Assembly: GCF_001194135.2 (NCBI RefSeq)
Contig: NC_069007.1
Location: 19,736,992 to 19,776,043, forward strand
Origin: Octopus bimaculoides
Lineage: Eukaryota
Length of the DNA: 39,052 nt
Direction: 5' to 3'
The notes under the pieces are model-generated. The model had not been told where the DNA came from. It did no database searches and worked only from the letters and a program-made list of their open reading frames with translations. A program made the position numbers and the translations under genes. Each line of letters begins with the position of its first letter. Position 1 is the stretch's first letter. Shown one piece after another: positions 8,560-21,874 of this stretch.

Positions 8560-11500
8560 CTGAAAAATACACAGAAACAACATTTTAGGCACATTCGGGG
8601 GAAAAACCATATCATTGCAATATATAAATATACACATAATCAATCGGGTGATCAGTCGATCAATAGACAGACAAACAGACAGACGTACAAGCATCCAACA
8701 CGGTCTGTAAAGTGGTTAGCATTAAGAAAGGCATCCAGCTGTAGAAACCATGCCAAATCAAACCAGAGTCTGGCGCAGCTCCCCTCCCAGCTTGCACTCC
8801 CAGTTCTAGTCACACTGTTCAACCCATGCCAGCACGGACAAGATGTTGAATGGTAATGGTATATATAAATCTATGTGGAGGCGCAATGGCCCAGTGGTTA
8901 GGGCAGCGGACTCGCGGTCATAGGAACGCGGTTTCAATTCCCAGACCGGGCGTTGTGAGTGTTTATTGAGCGAAAAACACCTAAAGCTCCATGAGGCTCT
9001 GGCAGGGGGATGGTGGCGAACCCCGCTGTACTCTTCCACCACAACTTTCTCTCACTCTTACTTCCTGTCTCTGTTGTGTCTGTAATTCAAAGGGTCAGCC
9101 TTGTCACACGGGATATCCCCGAGAACTACGTTAAGGGTACACGTGTCTGTGGAGTGCTCAGCCACTTGCACGTTAATTTCACGAGCAGGCTGTTCCGTTG
9201 ATCGGATCATCTGGAACCCTCGACGTCGTAAGCGACGGAGTGCCAACACACAAACACACACATATAAATCTACATAAGACTTACAAACCTGACAAATTTA
9301 ACCACACCTCCATAGATTAAAAAGAAATGATTAACAACAGCCTTAATTGATTTTCAAACCTTATTGGTATCTCATCAGGTGTCTATATCAGTGCACAGAC
9401 AACTTACAGACAGGACAACTGTGTGGCATGGTGCGGAGTCCTGTTGCCAAACATAGAATGTTCCAGCTGCCACCTTCTTACCCAGGGTAGCACAGCCTCC
9501 TCCAGGAACTTGATGGAGGCCTCCGTGTTGAGTCTGAGGCCATGTGGGAATTGTCTGTCGACGAAATGACAGCTCACGGTTTAAGAAAGACAGACAGGCT
9601 GAGAGAGCATGGTGGAAGGGGAGGGAAGAGGTTGGCTAAGAACGAGATCAGAAGATGTAAGAGAGACAACTGTGTGTAGTGGCAACAACAAACGTTGATC
9701 TCAGGGAAATGTGAGAGACGGTAACAGATTTACTTGCCAACGGTGGAAGAATTAGACGGTGACGCTTAGCAAAGGAAGACACAGGCCAAGGAATGTCAGA
9801 CTTACTTGTCCTTCTCTTCGTGCTTGTAAGAAGAGATTGGTAAGAGGACTTTGCGTTCCTTCTGTAGCAGAGCTGTTAATGTAACAGACGGCATCCAGCA
9901 TTTGTCTCTGAAAGAGAAAGGGGTCAACATCGAAAGGAAGTTAGAGGAGGTAACATGTAGAGGAGGTGACATGTAGAGGAGGTGACATGTAGAGGAGGTG
10001 ACATGTAGAGGAGGTAACATGTAGTAACACAATGTTACTACATGTGGAATAAGGTGATGTGTGGGATGCGGTGACATGTGGAAACATGGAACATGTTCGA
10101 CAGTATTATATGTAGAATGTAGTGACATGAATGGTATAACATGGCGATAGTAGAAACATGTGAGATGGAGCTACATGTAGGATTGGATAGCATTGTGTGG
10201 AATAATATGTGGGGTGGAGTAACATGTAGGGCAGCACTACATGTAGAACATGGAGCTTTATGACATTGCAAGGTGGTATCTGGAACATAACAAAAGACAT
10301 TTCAATTTACACAGAAACTTTAAAGTAGATTTTAGATGATATAACTAGAGGTGGTCATGCGTGGATTAAGAAAAAATATTGCTACTTACTTGCGAGCAAT
10401 AGCCACAACATTGCGGTTTGGTTCGTTGTCGTACGACTCAGTCGTACAACCAAAGTGCTCGGCCATTTCATGCACGACTTTACGATGTTCTCGGTTCATT
10501 GGTGAGAAGGAATGGTTACGATAATTCTGTTTCATCTGAATATTGGAGAGAAGACAAAGAGACAAAAAGGAAATAGCTTTTCAGTAAGAGGCCAACCACG
10601 ATGAGGTGGTGAGGTCTGACTTCTTTTCTTTTCTACTCTAGGCACAAGGCCCGAAATTTTGGGGGAAGGGGGGGGGGCAGTTGATTAGATCGATCCCCAG
10701 TATGCAACTGGTACTTAATTTATCGACTTTGAAAGGACGAAAGGCAATGTCGACCTCGACAGAATTTGAACTCAGAACGTAAAAACCGACGAAATACCGC
10801 TAAGCATTTCGCCCAGCGTGCTAACGTTTCTGCCAGTAGAATCTTTTCTACTCTAGGCACAAGGCCCGAAATTTTGGGGGAGGGGGCCAGTNNNNNNNNN
10901 NACGAAATACCGCTAAGCATTTCGCCCAGCGTGCTAACGTTTCTGCCAGTAGAATCTTTTCTACTCTAGGCACAAGGCCCGAAATTTTGGGGGAGGGGGC
11001 CAGTCGATTAGATCAATCCCCAGTACGCAACTGGTACTTAATTTATCAACCCTGAAAGGATGAAAGGCAAAGTCGACCTCGGCGGAATTTGAACTCAGAA
11101 CATAAAGGCGGACGAAATACCGCTAAGCATTTCGTCCAGCGTGCTAACGATTCTGCCAGCTCACCGCCTTGTGGTTTGACTTCTTTTGGTATCAACCTCA
11201 ATCTGGGGATGTCAGAGTTAACTATTGTTGTTTGACGAAAGATATTCCAGAAATGGCCATCCTCTCATATGCAAACTGTGCATGAACAACAATATTAGCT
11301 AACATGTCCTTTATTTCTTTTTTTAATGGTTACAGAAGGAAATAATTTGGCTGCTATTACTAGCAGGCTTTAGTGAATGCCCACCACTTGGCTCATTAGC
11401 ATCTGTTTGCGGAGGCTGGACAATAATTACAGGAGTGATGGTCAGCCGGGTAGATGGCAGTTTAATAGCGGTGGGTAGCTGGGTAGTGAAATAGAGCAAT

Positions 11501-14500
11501 GCAAAGGTGAAGAGGGTGGCTGATTAGTATTAAACATACCTGTTTAGTACTTTGTACCAAATCTGTTAGGGCTTTCTCTATGGCGACAACAACTGGGCCA
11601 TTATGTCTGAAAAGCAGAGAAGATGGGAAATTATGAGAGAGAGAGAGAGAGAGAGAATGGTGAGAGAGAGAGAGAGAATGGTGTATATGAATGTATGTGT
11701 GTGTGTGTGAATGTGTGTGCATACATGTGAATACATATGGCTCTGTGTGTGTGTGTATGTGTACATGTATGTGATTACATACACAGATGTGGATGACTGC
11801 GTACATACAAATGTGTGTGCGTTTATGCATGTGTGTGCACGTGTAAAACTTCAACCCTGAGTCGCCAGAACCACGATAATTATGGTGGCACACTGTGCCT
11901 CAGAGAACAATGGTGAAGCGGCACCAACATACTTAGCAAAATCTTTCAGGAACTGAGAGTAAGAAGGAGACCCAAGTTTTGAAGAAAGATCCGGATTCTT
12001 GATTTCCAACGCCAAAGCCAGTCTGCGATTCCGTTCTCGTATGCTGCATTCTTCATTACATTCCAATCTGGAATAAAATGATAAAATCACTGAGCAATTA
12101 TGGAGAAAGATTAGGAAAAAAGGAAAACGGAAATAGAGGTTTAGAAAGAGGAGAAAAATAGAGGTGGTAGGAGGCAGTTGATTTGTCTCTTTTTCCCTGT
12201 CTCTTTCTACTCTACTCTAGCTATTAGACAGGTGGATAGGAGTATGACAGCATATTTGAAAGGTTAGGGTGTATTTGAAAGATCGGTTAGAGATACAAGT
12301 CATGAGATATAAATCTACCAATTCATAGTGCTTCCCCAGCATGAAACTAATTGTAGCTCATATTTCTCTCTTTCATTGAACACTAAACTCAGCTTGTGAA
12401 GACTTGTTGGGGCAAGCGAAAGCGAAATCGTCATGGCACCTGTACCAGTGGAGCGCTAAGAGCACCGTTCAAGCATGATCGTTACCAGCATCGCCTTCCT
12501 GGCACGTGAAAAGTCGTTTGAGTGAGATCATTGCCAGTGCCGCTGGACTGTGCAGGTGGCACATAAAATACATCATTTTGAGCGTGGCCGTTGCCAGTAC
12601 CACTTGACTGGCCTTTGTGCCAGTGGCACGTAAAAGCACCCACCACACTCTCGGAGTGGTTGTTGTTAGGAAGGGCATCCAGCTGTAGAAACTCTGCCAA
12701 ATCAGATTGGAGCCTGGTGCAGCCATCTGGTTCACCAGTCCTCAGTCAAATCGTCCAACCCATGCTAGCATGGAAAGAGGACGTTAAACGAAACAACGAT
12801 AGGATAAATATAGTAATGATAATAATCATAATCAGTGGATGGAGGTTAACGAAGGGAACCACTGAACCGTAAAGTTAGAGTGGAGTCTCCCAAGCTTTGT
12901 GTCCCAAGTGCGTGCCAAGTTTTGCTCCAGTTAGGAAAGGCATGCCCACCACCACATCAATGACGATAAGATGATACTTACTGTCGCAAGCCAGACTTGA
13001 GTCGCGAGAATTTGGTGATGTCGACATCACTGCCAGAAGTCGCATTGTTGAGGTCAACCAAGGTCATTCTGTGAAAGAAATCAGAGATTAGTTGTGTGTG
13101 TCTGTGTGTGTATTTGCAGACGTGCATGCGAATGTGCATGTGCTTGTGGGTGTGTATGTGCTTATGTGTATGCGTGTGTGTGTGTGTGCAAAGGATCTGT
13201 ATGTAAGAGAGAGATGTGTGTGTGTGTGTGTGAAGTCAGTGTATGCAACAGTGTGTGTACGTGAAGCATGTGTTGGGGGTGGTAGTAATTGTGGTGATGA
13301 TGTCAGTGTAGCGGTGGTATAGCAGCAATATTGTAGTGAGGGCGGTGGTAGTGGTGGTGTGGTTGTGGTGATGGTGGTTGTAGTGGTGATGGTTTCGATG
13401 GTGTTGGTTGTAGTGGTGGTGGTTATGATGGTGGTGGTTGTGATGGTGGTGGTGGTGATGGTGGTGGTTGTGATGGTGGTGGTAATGGTGGTGTGGTTGT
13501 GGTGGTGTGGTTGTGGTGGTGATGATGGTGAGGGTGGTGGTAGTGGTGGTGTGGTTGTGGTGATGACGGTGGTGGTGGTGGTGATGACGGTTGTGGTGGT
13601 AGTGGTGAAGGTGGTTTCAATGGTGGCAGAGGTGATGGCAGTTGTGATGGTTGTGGTGGTGGTGGTGGTGGTGGTAGCAATGGTGGTTGTGGTGGTAGCA
13701 ATGGTGGTTGTGGTGTTTACAAAGAAAGATGCAGCAATGAGGGAAGTAAACAAACCAACAAGGACTTACTTTGCAAAGTTAGTAAGTAGGTTCTCATCTC
13801 CAAGAAGGCACTGGACATTGGCCGAACGCAGTCCACATGGGCACTTGACAGCAACCTACAACAGGGGACAGTGGTCAGTATCTTAGTGGGTGGTCATAGT
13901 GGTGGGGGGCATCATTATGATGGTGTTGGCGATGGGAGTGTCTGCAGTGTTGTTGGGGGTCAGTGTGCAGGTGTCAGTGTGGTGTTGGTGGTCAGTGTGA
14001 TGGTTAAGACATGAGAGTAATAAATAACCAGTCACCAATCGCTGATCAATAAGTGATCAATACATGACCAATCAATGGTCAGCAAATATCATCAATACGT
14101 CCCCAACAAATGACCAGTAACACAGGAATAATCATAATAATGATGGTTTCAGTAATTCTGTGGGAGGAGATAAGTCAATTACATCAGCCCCCAGTGTTTT
14201 ACTGGTACTTAATTTATCGACCCAGAAATGATGAAAGGTAAAGTCGACCTTGGTGGAATTTGAACTCAGAACGTAGCGACAAGTGAAATAGCACTAAGCA
14301 TTTTGCCTGCCATGCTAACAATTCTGCTAGTTCATCGCCTTAATAATAATAATGATAATAATAATAATCTTTTCTACTAAAAGCACAAGACCTGAAATTT
14401 GAGGGGAGGGAACTAGCCGATTACGTTGAACCCGGTGTTTCACTGGTACTTAATCAACCCCAAAAGGCAAAGTTGACCTCGGCTGAATTTGAACTCAGAA

Positions 14501-17134
14501 CGTCTTTAATATGGACGAAATGCTACTAAGCATTTCGTCCGGCATGCTAATGATTCTGCCAGCTCACCACCTTGATGATAATAATAATAATAGCACTCAG
14601 AGAGCGCAACCCTCCGCCGAGGCAACACCAATGTCCTCTCAATGATTAGCCAGAGTTGGTTTTTAAAGAAAATATATAAAATAAACTCAACTGCTCTCAC
14701 AAATGAGAATACTAAAAATGAACCCGGCCACCCTCAAAAATTAAGTAAAAAAAAAAAAAAACGGAAAAAAATCCAGAATCCTTGTCCGGTACCGGATCGA
14801 TCCCAAAATCTAATCAGTTCATGCCAAGTCATGAGGTCAAACATCCCTCAAAGTTTCGTCCAAATCCGTCCAGCAAACAAACAAATGCGACTGAAAACAA
14901 TACCTCTGCCTTCGCGAAGGCGGAAGTAATAAGAAGAAGACATATACGAACCTGTTGTTTACAAGCAACTTTCGGACATGGTTTATCTGGGTGACATGGG
15001 GTGTTGCACGGATGACCGCACGCTGCACGAGGTTTCTGACATGGCTGAGTGCACTGTTCAGCATCACTTTGACAACGATCCTGGATGACAGCAAAAAAAA
15101 AAAGTTACATGCATGTATGTATGTATGTATGTAATTTGGGGGGGGGGATAAATCTGATTTCAGCCACAAAAGAGTTGATTTCCCTATTAAACACCCTAGA
15201 CATGAAAGGGATTGTAATAGAAAATTATGACTACCTAGTGGCTCCCTCAGTGGTTTATATAAGTACCAGTTAAGTACTGGAGTTGATTTAACCCTTTAAT
15301 AGCCAATTTAAATTTTCTGGTTATTCCAGTAATGATCTGGAATAACTAGTGAGAAACAATTGGTACTTTCTTGAATGTTGCCTCAACAAACTTGATGCAT
15401 CTCATAAGAAAATAATCTCAACTAAGACACTTCTCAACGAAAGATAGATTCAAATATAAAACTGCTTTAACCCTTTTGATACCAGCTCGTCTGAAATCAC
15501 CTCTGGCTCTGTAGTACAAATGTCTTGTTTTCATAAGTTTTGAATTAAAATCTTCCACCAAACCTTAGTCACAAATTATGTTCCTAACACTAGCTTCATG
15601 ATAACTAAGTTATTTTACTAAATTCTTTTGTTATATTTAAAATCAATTGAAAGAAACACAGAGCATCTCAACAGAAATGTGGTAACAAAAGGGTTAAGGG
15701 TAGTGAAATTTTGAGGGGGTATATCTGATTTACTCAGTAAAAGGGTTGAAAATATTAAAAAAAAAATAAAATGAAATCGAAAAAGAATTTAGATTGAAAT
15801 TTTCTGTCTTCTGTACTTGAACCTACGACCCACAAGTCACTAGAAGGATTGCTTACCTTATGGCAGACTTTCTTGCATTTGTGTTGGACACAAGGCAGCA
15901 CCTTGTTACAAGGCATACCACAGGAGATATCTGTTATATGACAAGGTATATTATGGCGCTCCTGGAATAAAAGAAGGAACAGGATGTAGTTAACGAGATG
16001 GTGGAGGTGGTGACAGTAGTGGTGGTGTCGGTACTAAAGATGGTGAGGGTGGAAACAGTGATGGTAATAGCGATGGTAGTGGTCAACATCATCATCTAAA
16101 GTGACCATTTAAATGGATTCTATCAACATCCTGCCACTGTCATACCACTCCCGCATTCTTTTATTCTTATTCTTCTTCTTCTTCACCGCCTCCTTTCTCA
16201 TCTACTACTGCTGCTTAAACCAGGGGGTCTTCAAACTTTTTGACTAGCATCTCTAACCCTATACACACACACACACACACACACACTGAAAAAGGTAACA
16301 GGGACTTACCTCATGTTGTCCTTTACACATTTTCGTCGTTAGAACAGTACACGGTGGACATACATCATCCATGTTACAATTATGATGAACTGGAAAGATG
16401 AACAAATAAATTTAAATGATTTNNNNNNNNNNNNNNNNNNNNNNNNNNNNNNNNNNNNNNNNNNNNNNNNNNNNNNNNNNNNNNNNNNNNNNNNNNNNNN
16501 NNNNNNNNNNNNNNNNNNNNNNNNNNNNNNNNNNNNNNNNNNNNNNNNNNNNNNNNNNNNNNNNNNNNNNNNNNNNNNNNNNNNNNNNNNNNNNNNNNNN
16601 NNNNNNNNNNNNNNNNNNNNNNNNNNNNNNNNNNNNNNNNNNNNNNNNNNNNNNNNNNNNNNNNNNNNNNNNNNNNNNNNNNNNNNNNNNNNNNNNNNNN
16701 NNNNNNNNNNNNNNNNNNNNNNNNNNNNNNNNNNNNNNNNNNNNNNNNNNNNNNNNNNNNNNNNNNNNNNNNNNNNNNNNNNNNNNNNNNNNNNNNNNNN
16801 NNNNNNNNNNNNNNNNNNNNNNNNNNNNNNNNNNNNNNNNNNNNNNNNNNNNNNNNNNNNNNNNNNNNNNNNNNNNNNNNNNNNNNNNNNNNNNNNNNNN
16901 NNNNNNNNNNNNNNNNNNNNNNNNNNNNNNNNNNNNNNNNNNNNNNNNNNNNNNNNNNNNNNNNNNNNNNNNNNNNNNNNNNNNNNNNNNNNNNNNNNNN
17001 NNNNNNNNNNNNNNNNNNNNNNNNNNNNNNNNNNNNNNNNNNNNNNNNNNNNNNNNNNNNNNNNNNNNNNNNNNNNNNNNNNNNNNNNNNNNNNNNNNNN
17101 NNNNNNNNNNNNNNNNNNNNNGTATATACGTATG

Positions 17135-17205
<71 letters not shown>

Positions 17206-18065
17206 TTGTGTGTCTGTGTTTGTCCCCCCTCCCACCATCAAAGAGTTCTCGGACTAGTTTTGTGGCATGCCAACAGATGGCAGCACACAGTTGCATGTGC
17301 AGTGAGAGCTAGCAGTGACCTTCATGAAGCAGTGTACCGAGTGACATCGCTGTGTTTACTTCGCAACTAAGAGCCTCCTTACTTACCCGGGTGGTCACAG
17401 GAATGTGTTTTAGTACACGGTCTGGAACAAGCAGGAGGTTTGGTACCGCAGGGTACCGGTGGGTGTATCACTTCGTAACCACAGTAACAGGTGAGTTCCT
17501 CAAAACCTGGAATGAAAAACAGTTAGTCTGATGTTACAGTGTGACAATAGTTTGGCGTTACAGTTTGATGTTATAATCTGGAGTTGCAGTCTAGTGTTAC
17601 AATGTGACAATAGCCTGGTATTACAGTTTAATGTTAGTGTGACGACAGTGTTACAGTTTGATGTTACAATCCTGAGTTACAGTGTGAAACAAGGGAAAGA
17701 ACAAGGTGATCTTACTTGCAAGGAGGCACGGCGCACAGTTGCCTCGGTGGCACAGCGACTCACACCGGTGAAGACCGCAGGATAGCATCTGGCGACATTC
17801 TCGCTCACATTCGTGCATGTCTCGCTGCCAAGAGGTGGATGAGAGAGAGAGAGATGAAGGAGAAGGAAAACATAATGAGAACATTGGTAATTAGAGATTT
17901 AATAATTGGGGACAGAAACAGGTGCGCAGCTGTGAAGGAGATACATGGTTACCTATCCAGGTGAGAGAGCAAGAGAAAGAGAGGGAGAGAGAGAGAGAGT
18001 GGGAGACAGCAGGAGTGCAAGGGAGAGTATGGAAGGCGGACATTAAATGGTGATGATGATGTCTG

Positions 18066-18122
<57 letters not shown>

Positions 18123-21021
18123 ATATATACATTAGAGAGATAGACAGACATTCGGTAATGTATGTAAGAGTGTATATGGGTGTGTGTTCATGTATATACA
18201 TACATATGAGCATGTACACCCGTTCACACACAAGTGCAGAAATACAGGTGGGTGTGTATGTGTGTTTATAGATAGACAGACAGACAAGTAGACAGACAAG
18301 TAGACAGACAGACAGACAAGTAGACAGACAGACTTCAACTTACCACACAACATTGCTGGGTACACTTGTGCTTACCACACCGACGCTTCTTGTTGCACTT
18401 TCGGTTACAAAGGAATGGTTTGTTCTCTGCAATAGACAGTGGTATGGAGGGATGAGCCAGTGGCATGATGTAGTGAGGCAATGGTATGATGAGGAGAGAA
18501 GCAGCAATATGGAATGGTATGCTATGGTGAGGGTGGTAAGACAGTCCTATGACATGGTGTAGCTACAAGGTACAGCACAGATAACAGGCATGGGTAATAG
18601 TCAAGACTGAACCCGGAACCATGTGGTTGGGAAGCAAACTTCTTACCACACAGCCACAACTGCACCTATGCAGTATAATATAAAAAGCTTGAAATTTAAA
18701 GCTCTCATCAGCGGATGATGCAGAGTTTGAGAGACAAACGGACAGACAGATTTTGACATACCATTGAAGGCCAATGCTTCAGAGCAGGGAAAGTCCTTTT
18801 CTTGCACCTTGCACCGGCATTGAACACTCATCGTCTTATCACAGGGTCCACAAGGGCCAGTATGACAGGTGCGGGGACACAGGTGATGCGACTCTGAAAG
18901 GAGAGAAAGCAGAGTTATATACACACACACACAAACTCTCGCCATCTTGCGCACACAACTGTTTGTCTCAAGAATATTTAAAGACTGAAGAAAGACGATA
19001 AGCCACAGAAATTACTGACCGTCTGTGCCGCAACTGAGGGGTTTGTTACAGAGTTTATCACAAGTCGGGATGGGGTCGCTGCACGACGTCCTCGGCTGGT
19101 CTGAGAGCTCCGTGATCGGCGTGTGTCCGCAGGGACAATGGGTGACACTGGAAGGTGTGTACGGGCAAGGTAGACATTGGTCACTATGACAAATCTCTTC
19201 GCAAGTATGATTGCCACAATCTAAAGGTCTGAAAGGAAATCAGAAGAAAAACATCAAACAGAGAGGCATTACAGTAAGAAGGGTAAAGGTATTAGTGTTA
19301 AGGGGTCATCCCCCTGGTGCCCTAAGTGGCAGGGAGGCATGACAGACCCTTCCCACCTCACATGGAAGTGAGGTTAAGGTGCAGGGACCACAGGATCCTG
19401 GCACTCTACAAACCATATGGTGTTGTCCAGACACAACTACCCTTAATCCAGACATAACTAGCCTCAGTCCAGACATAACTAGCCTCAGTCCAGACATAAC
19501 TAGCCTCAGTCCAGACATAACTAGCCTCAGTCCAGACATAACTAGCCTCAGTCTAGACATAACTAGCCTCAGTCCANNNNNNNNNNNNNNNNNNNNNNNN
19601 NNNNNNNNNNNNNNNNNNNNNNNNNNNNNNNNNNNNNNNNNNNNNNNNNNNNNNNNNNNNNNNNNNNNNNNNNNNNNNNNNNNNNNNNNNNNNNNNNNNN
19701 NNNNNNNNNNNNNNNNNNNNNNNNNNNNNNNNNNNNNNNNNNNNNNNNNNNNNNNNNNNNNNNNNNNNNNNNNNNNNNNNNNNNNNNNNNNNNNNNNNNN
19801 NNNNNNNNNNNNNNNNNNNNNNNNNNNNNNNNNNNNNNNNNNNNNNNNNNNNNNNNNNNNNNNNNNNNNNNNNNNNNCTTAGTCCAGACATAACTAGTCT
19901 AGACATAGCTTGTCTTAGTTCTGACATAACTAATCTTAGGCTAGACATAACTAGCCTCAGTCCAGACATAACTAGCCTCAGTCCAGACATAACTAGCCTC
20001 AGTCCAGACATAACTTGTTTTAGTCCAGACGTAGCCTGTCTTAGTCCAGACATAACTAGTCTAGACATAGCTTGTCTTAGTTCTGACATAATTAATCTTA
20101 GGCTAGACATAACTCGTCTCAGTCCAGACATAACTAGATTTTTAATCCAGACATATGTTTTAAATCAGACATAACTAGTTTTAGTCCAGGCATAACTTGA
20201 TCCACAATACCGAAAAGTCATGACTAATCAAAAGGTTAGTCATGGTTGGAGCCCCAAATGGTCATAGGTCTGTTGAATGAGGTCTGACCTAGGGCTAAAC
20301 AACTAACAAAGCAGATATATAAACAACCCAATATAAAATGATGAGGCACTCAATACTTACTTCTTGCACAATTCCGCACAACTGTAGCTGGTCGAATCCT
20401 CAGCAGAATTCTTTATACATTCCAGGAGCCTTTCATTCTTCTTACAGAAACATTCTTGACAAAACGAAAATAAAAGCAAATTCTTCAGGAGACATCACAG
20501 AGAAAGGAAACGGAAATGACTAGAAACATGATTAATTAACTAAATTTGAAAATGTTTTTTTTTTTTGGCCCCTTCCATCAGATTATTTTCTACCAGATGC
20601 TGCAGGTTCTTGCCGAATATCTTCAAATCTCTAAAACCCCAACATTTATATACAAAGTGAAAAATCGGACATTCTTTGGAACAAAAACCTTCATGATATT
20701 TTGATTTGATGGAAGGTTGTTATTCAGAACACTCTAAAAGCATGGAGATTTATATCGTAAAAGCTGAAGTGCTATCTGTTGGATTGGTGACAGGAGAGTT
20801 AAGACAAACATGATGGAAAGGTCTGGAATCTAAATCTTATGACTAAGATATTTCTTAGAAAATTACTATTTTTAAATCTCACAACGAGAGTACTTTGAAG
20901 TAAAGATTGTTTGGCAACAGAACAGGGCTGTCCTGGTTTAGGACGAATTTTGCTGTAATTTAGCCCCAGGAGACATTGTCACCAACTGGCTATACGACAC
21001 GATTTGTGTCCTTACATATAC

Positions 21022-21094
<73 letters not shown>

Positions 21095-21836
21095 TACGAC
21101 GGGCTTCTTTCAGTTTCCGTCTACCAGATCCACTCACAAGGCTTTGGTCAGCCCAAGGCTATAATAGAAGACACTTTCCCAAGGTGCCACGCAGTGGGAA
21201 TGAACCCGGAACCATGTGGTTGGTAAGCAAGCTACTTACCACACAGCCACTCCTGCGAAGGATATTTCTGTTGAAATACCTTATCCTTTGTTTTAAATTA
21301 ATTGTGATACCTTGTGGTATTTCTTCTTGCTTTTAATATTCTGGTTTGAAATCCTAGCAATGTTTTTTAAACACAGAAATTTTAAAAAAGTGAGAAGGGA
21401 GATAACTATAATAAGGGAGATAATTGCTGTAAAAATCTTACTTTGTTTCATGACAACCTCGCAGTCACCGCAGTCTCCGGAATGGCAGACTTTTAGACAG
21501 GAATGAACAGCACAAGTAAATGGTTTACCACAAACCTCTTCGCACTGGAATACATTACTCAATCCACACTTCATTAATTGACTGCGAAAACGGGGGAAAA
21601 TAGAGGAAAAATAGAAACTAGTAACTCATAAACAAACGAACATATATTATACAGACACGTGGCTGAGATACAATTATTGGAACTAGGAAAGTAATTAAAA
21701 CAGAAAATCAAGAATGAAGAATTGATCAGGTAAGAGACAAACCTTTTCTTGCCACAGATACATTTCTTGTTGACAGTTAAATGACAGGAAGGGCACGGCC
21801 CAGGATGGCAGGACCTGAAATTAAAAATATAAATAT

Positions 21837-21874
<38 letters not shown>

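Noticed and set aside
8875-8955. tRNA-like sequences at SINE heads (also at 25660, 28048 and 4200)
   Set aside because: They lack a complete cloverleaf and continue into SINE bodies; not tRNA genes.
9802-9806. In-frame TAA immediately after NFX1 exon 21 suggesting an alternative C-terminus
   Set aside because: Any phase-2 GTAAG donor creates this stop (also at exons 7, 16, 17 and 20); the conserved IIDYFD exon follows downstream.
10789-11003. Exact duplication of about 100 bp around a 10-N gap
   Set aside because: Most likely unmerged overlapping contig ends; cannot be treated as biological without reads.
13088-13886. Thr/Val/Pro/His-rich ORFs resembling mucins
   Set aside because: Translations of a triplet microsatellite inside an NFX1 intron, open in several frames.
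17245-17380. Cys/His-rich reading frame next to NFX1 exon 12
   Set aside because: Does not match NFX1; the expected next exon is found at 16310-16389 with the correct phase.
18685-18725. CTGATGA-GAGC motif on the minus strand
   Set aside because: No GAAA box follows the putative stem II, so it is not a hammerhead.
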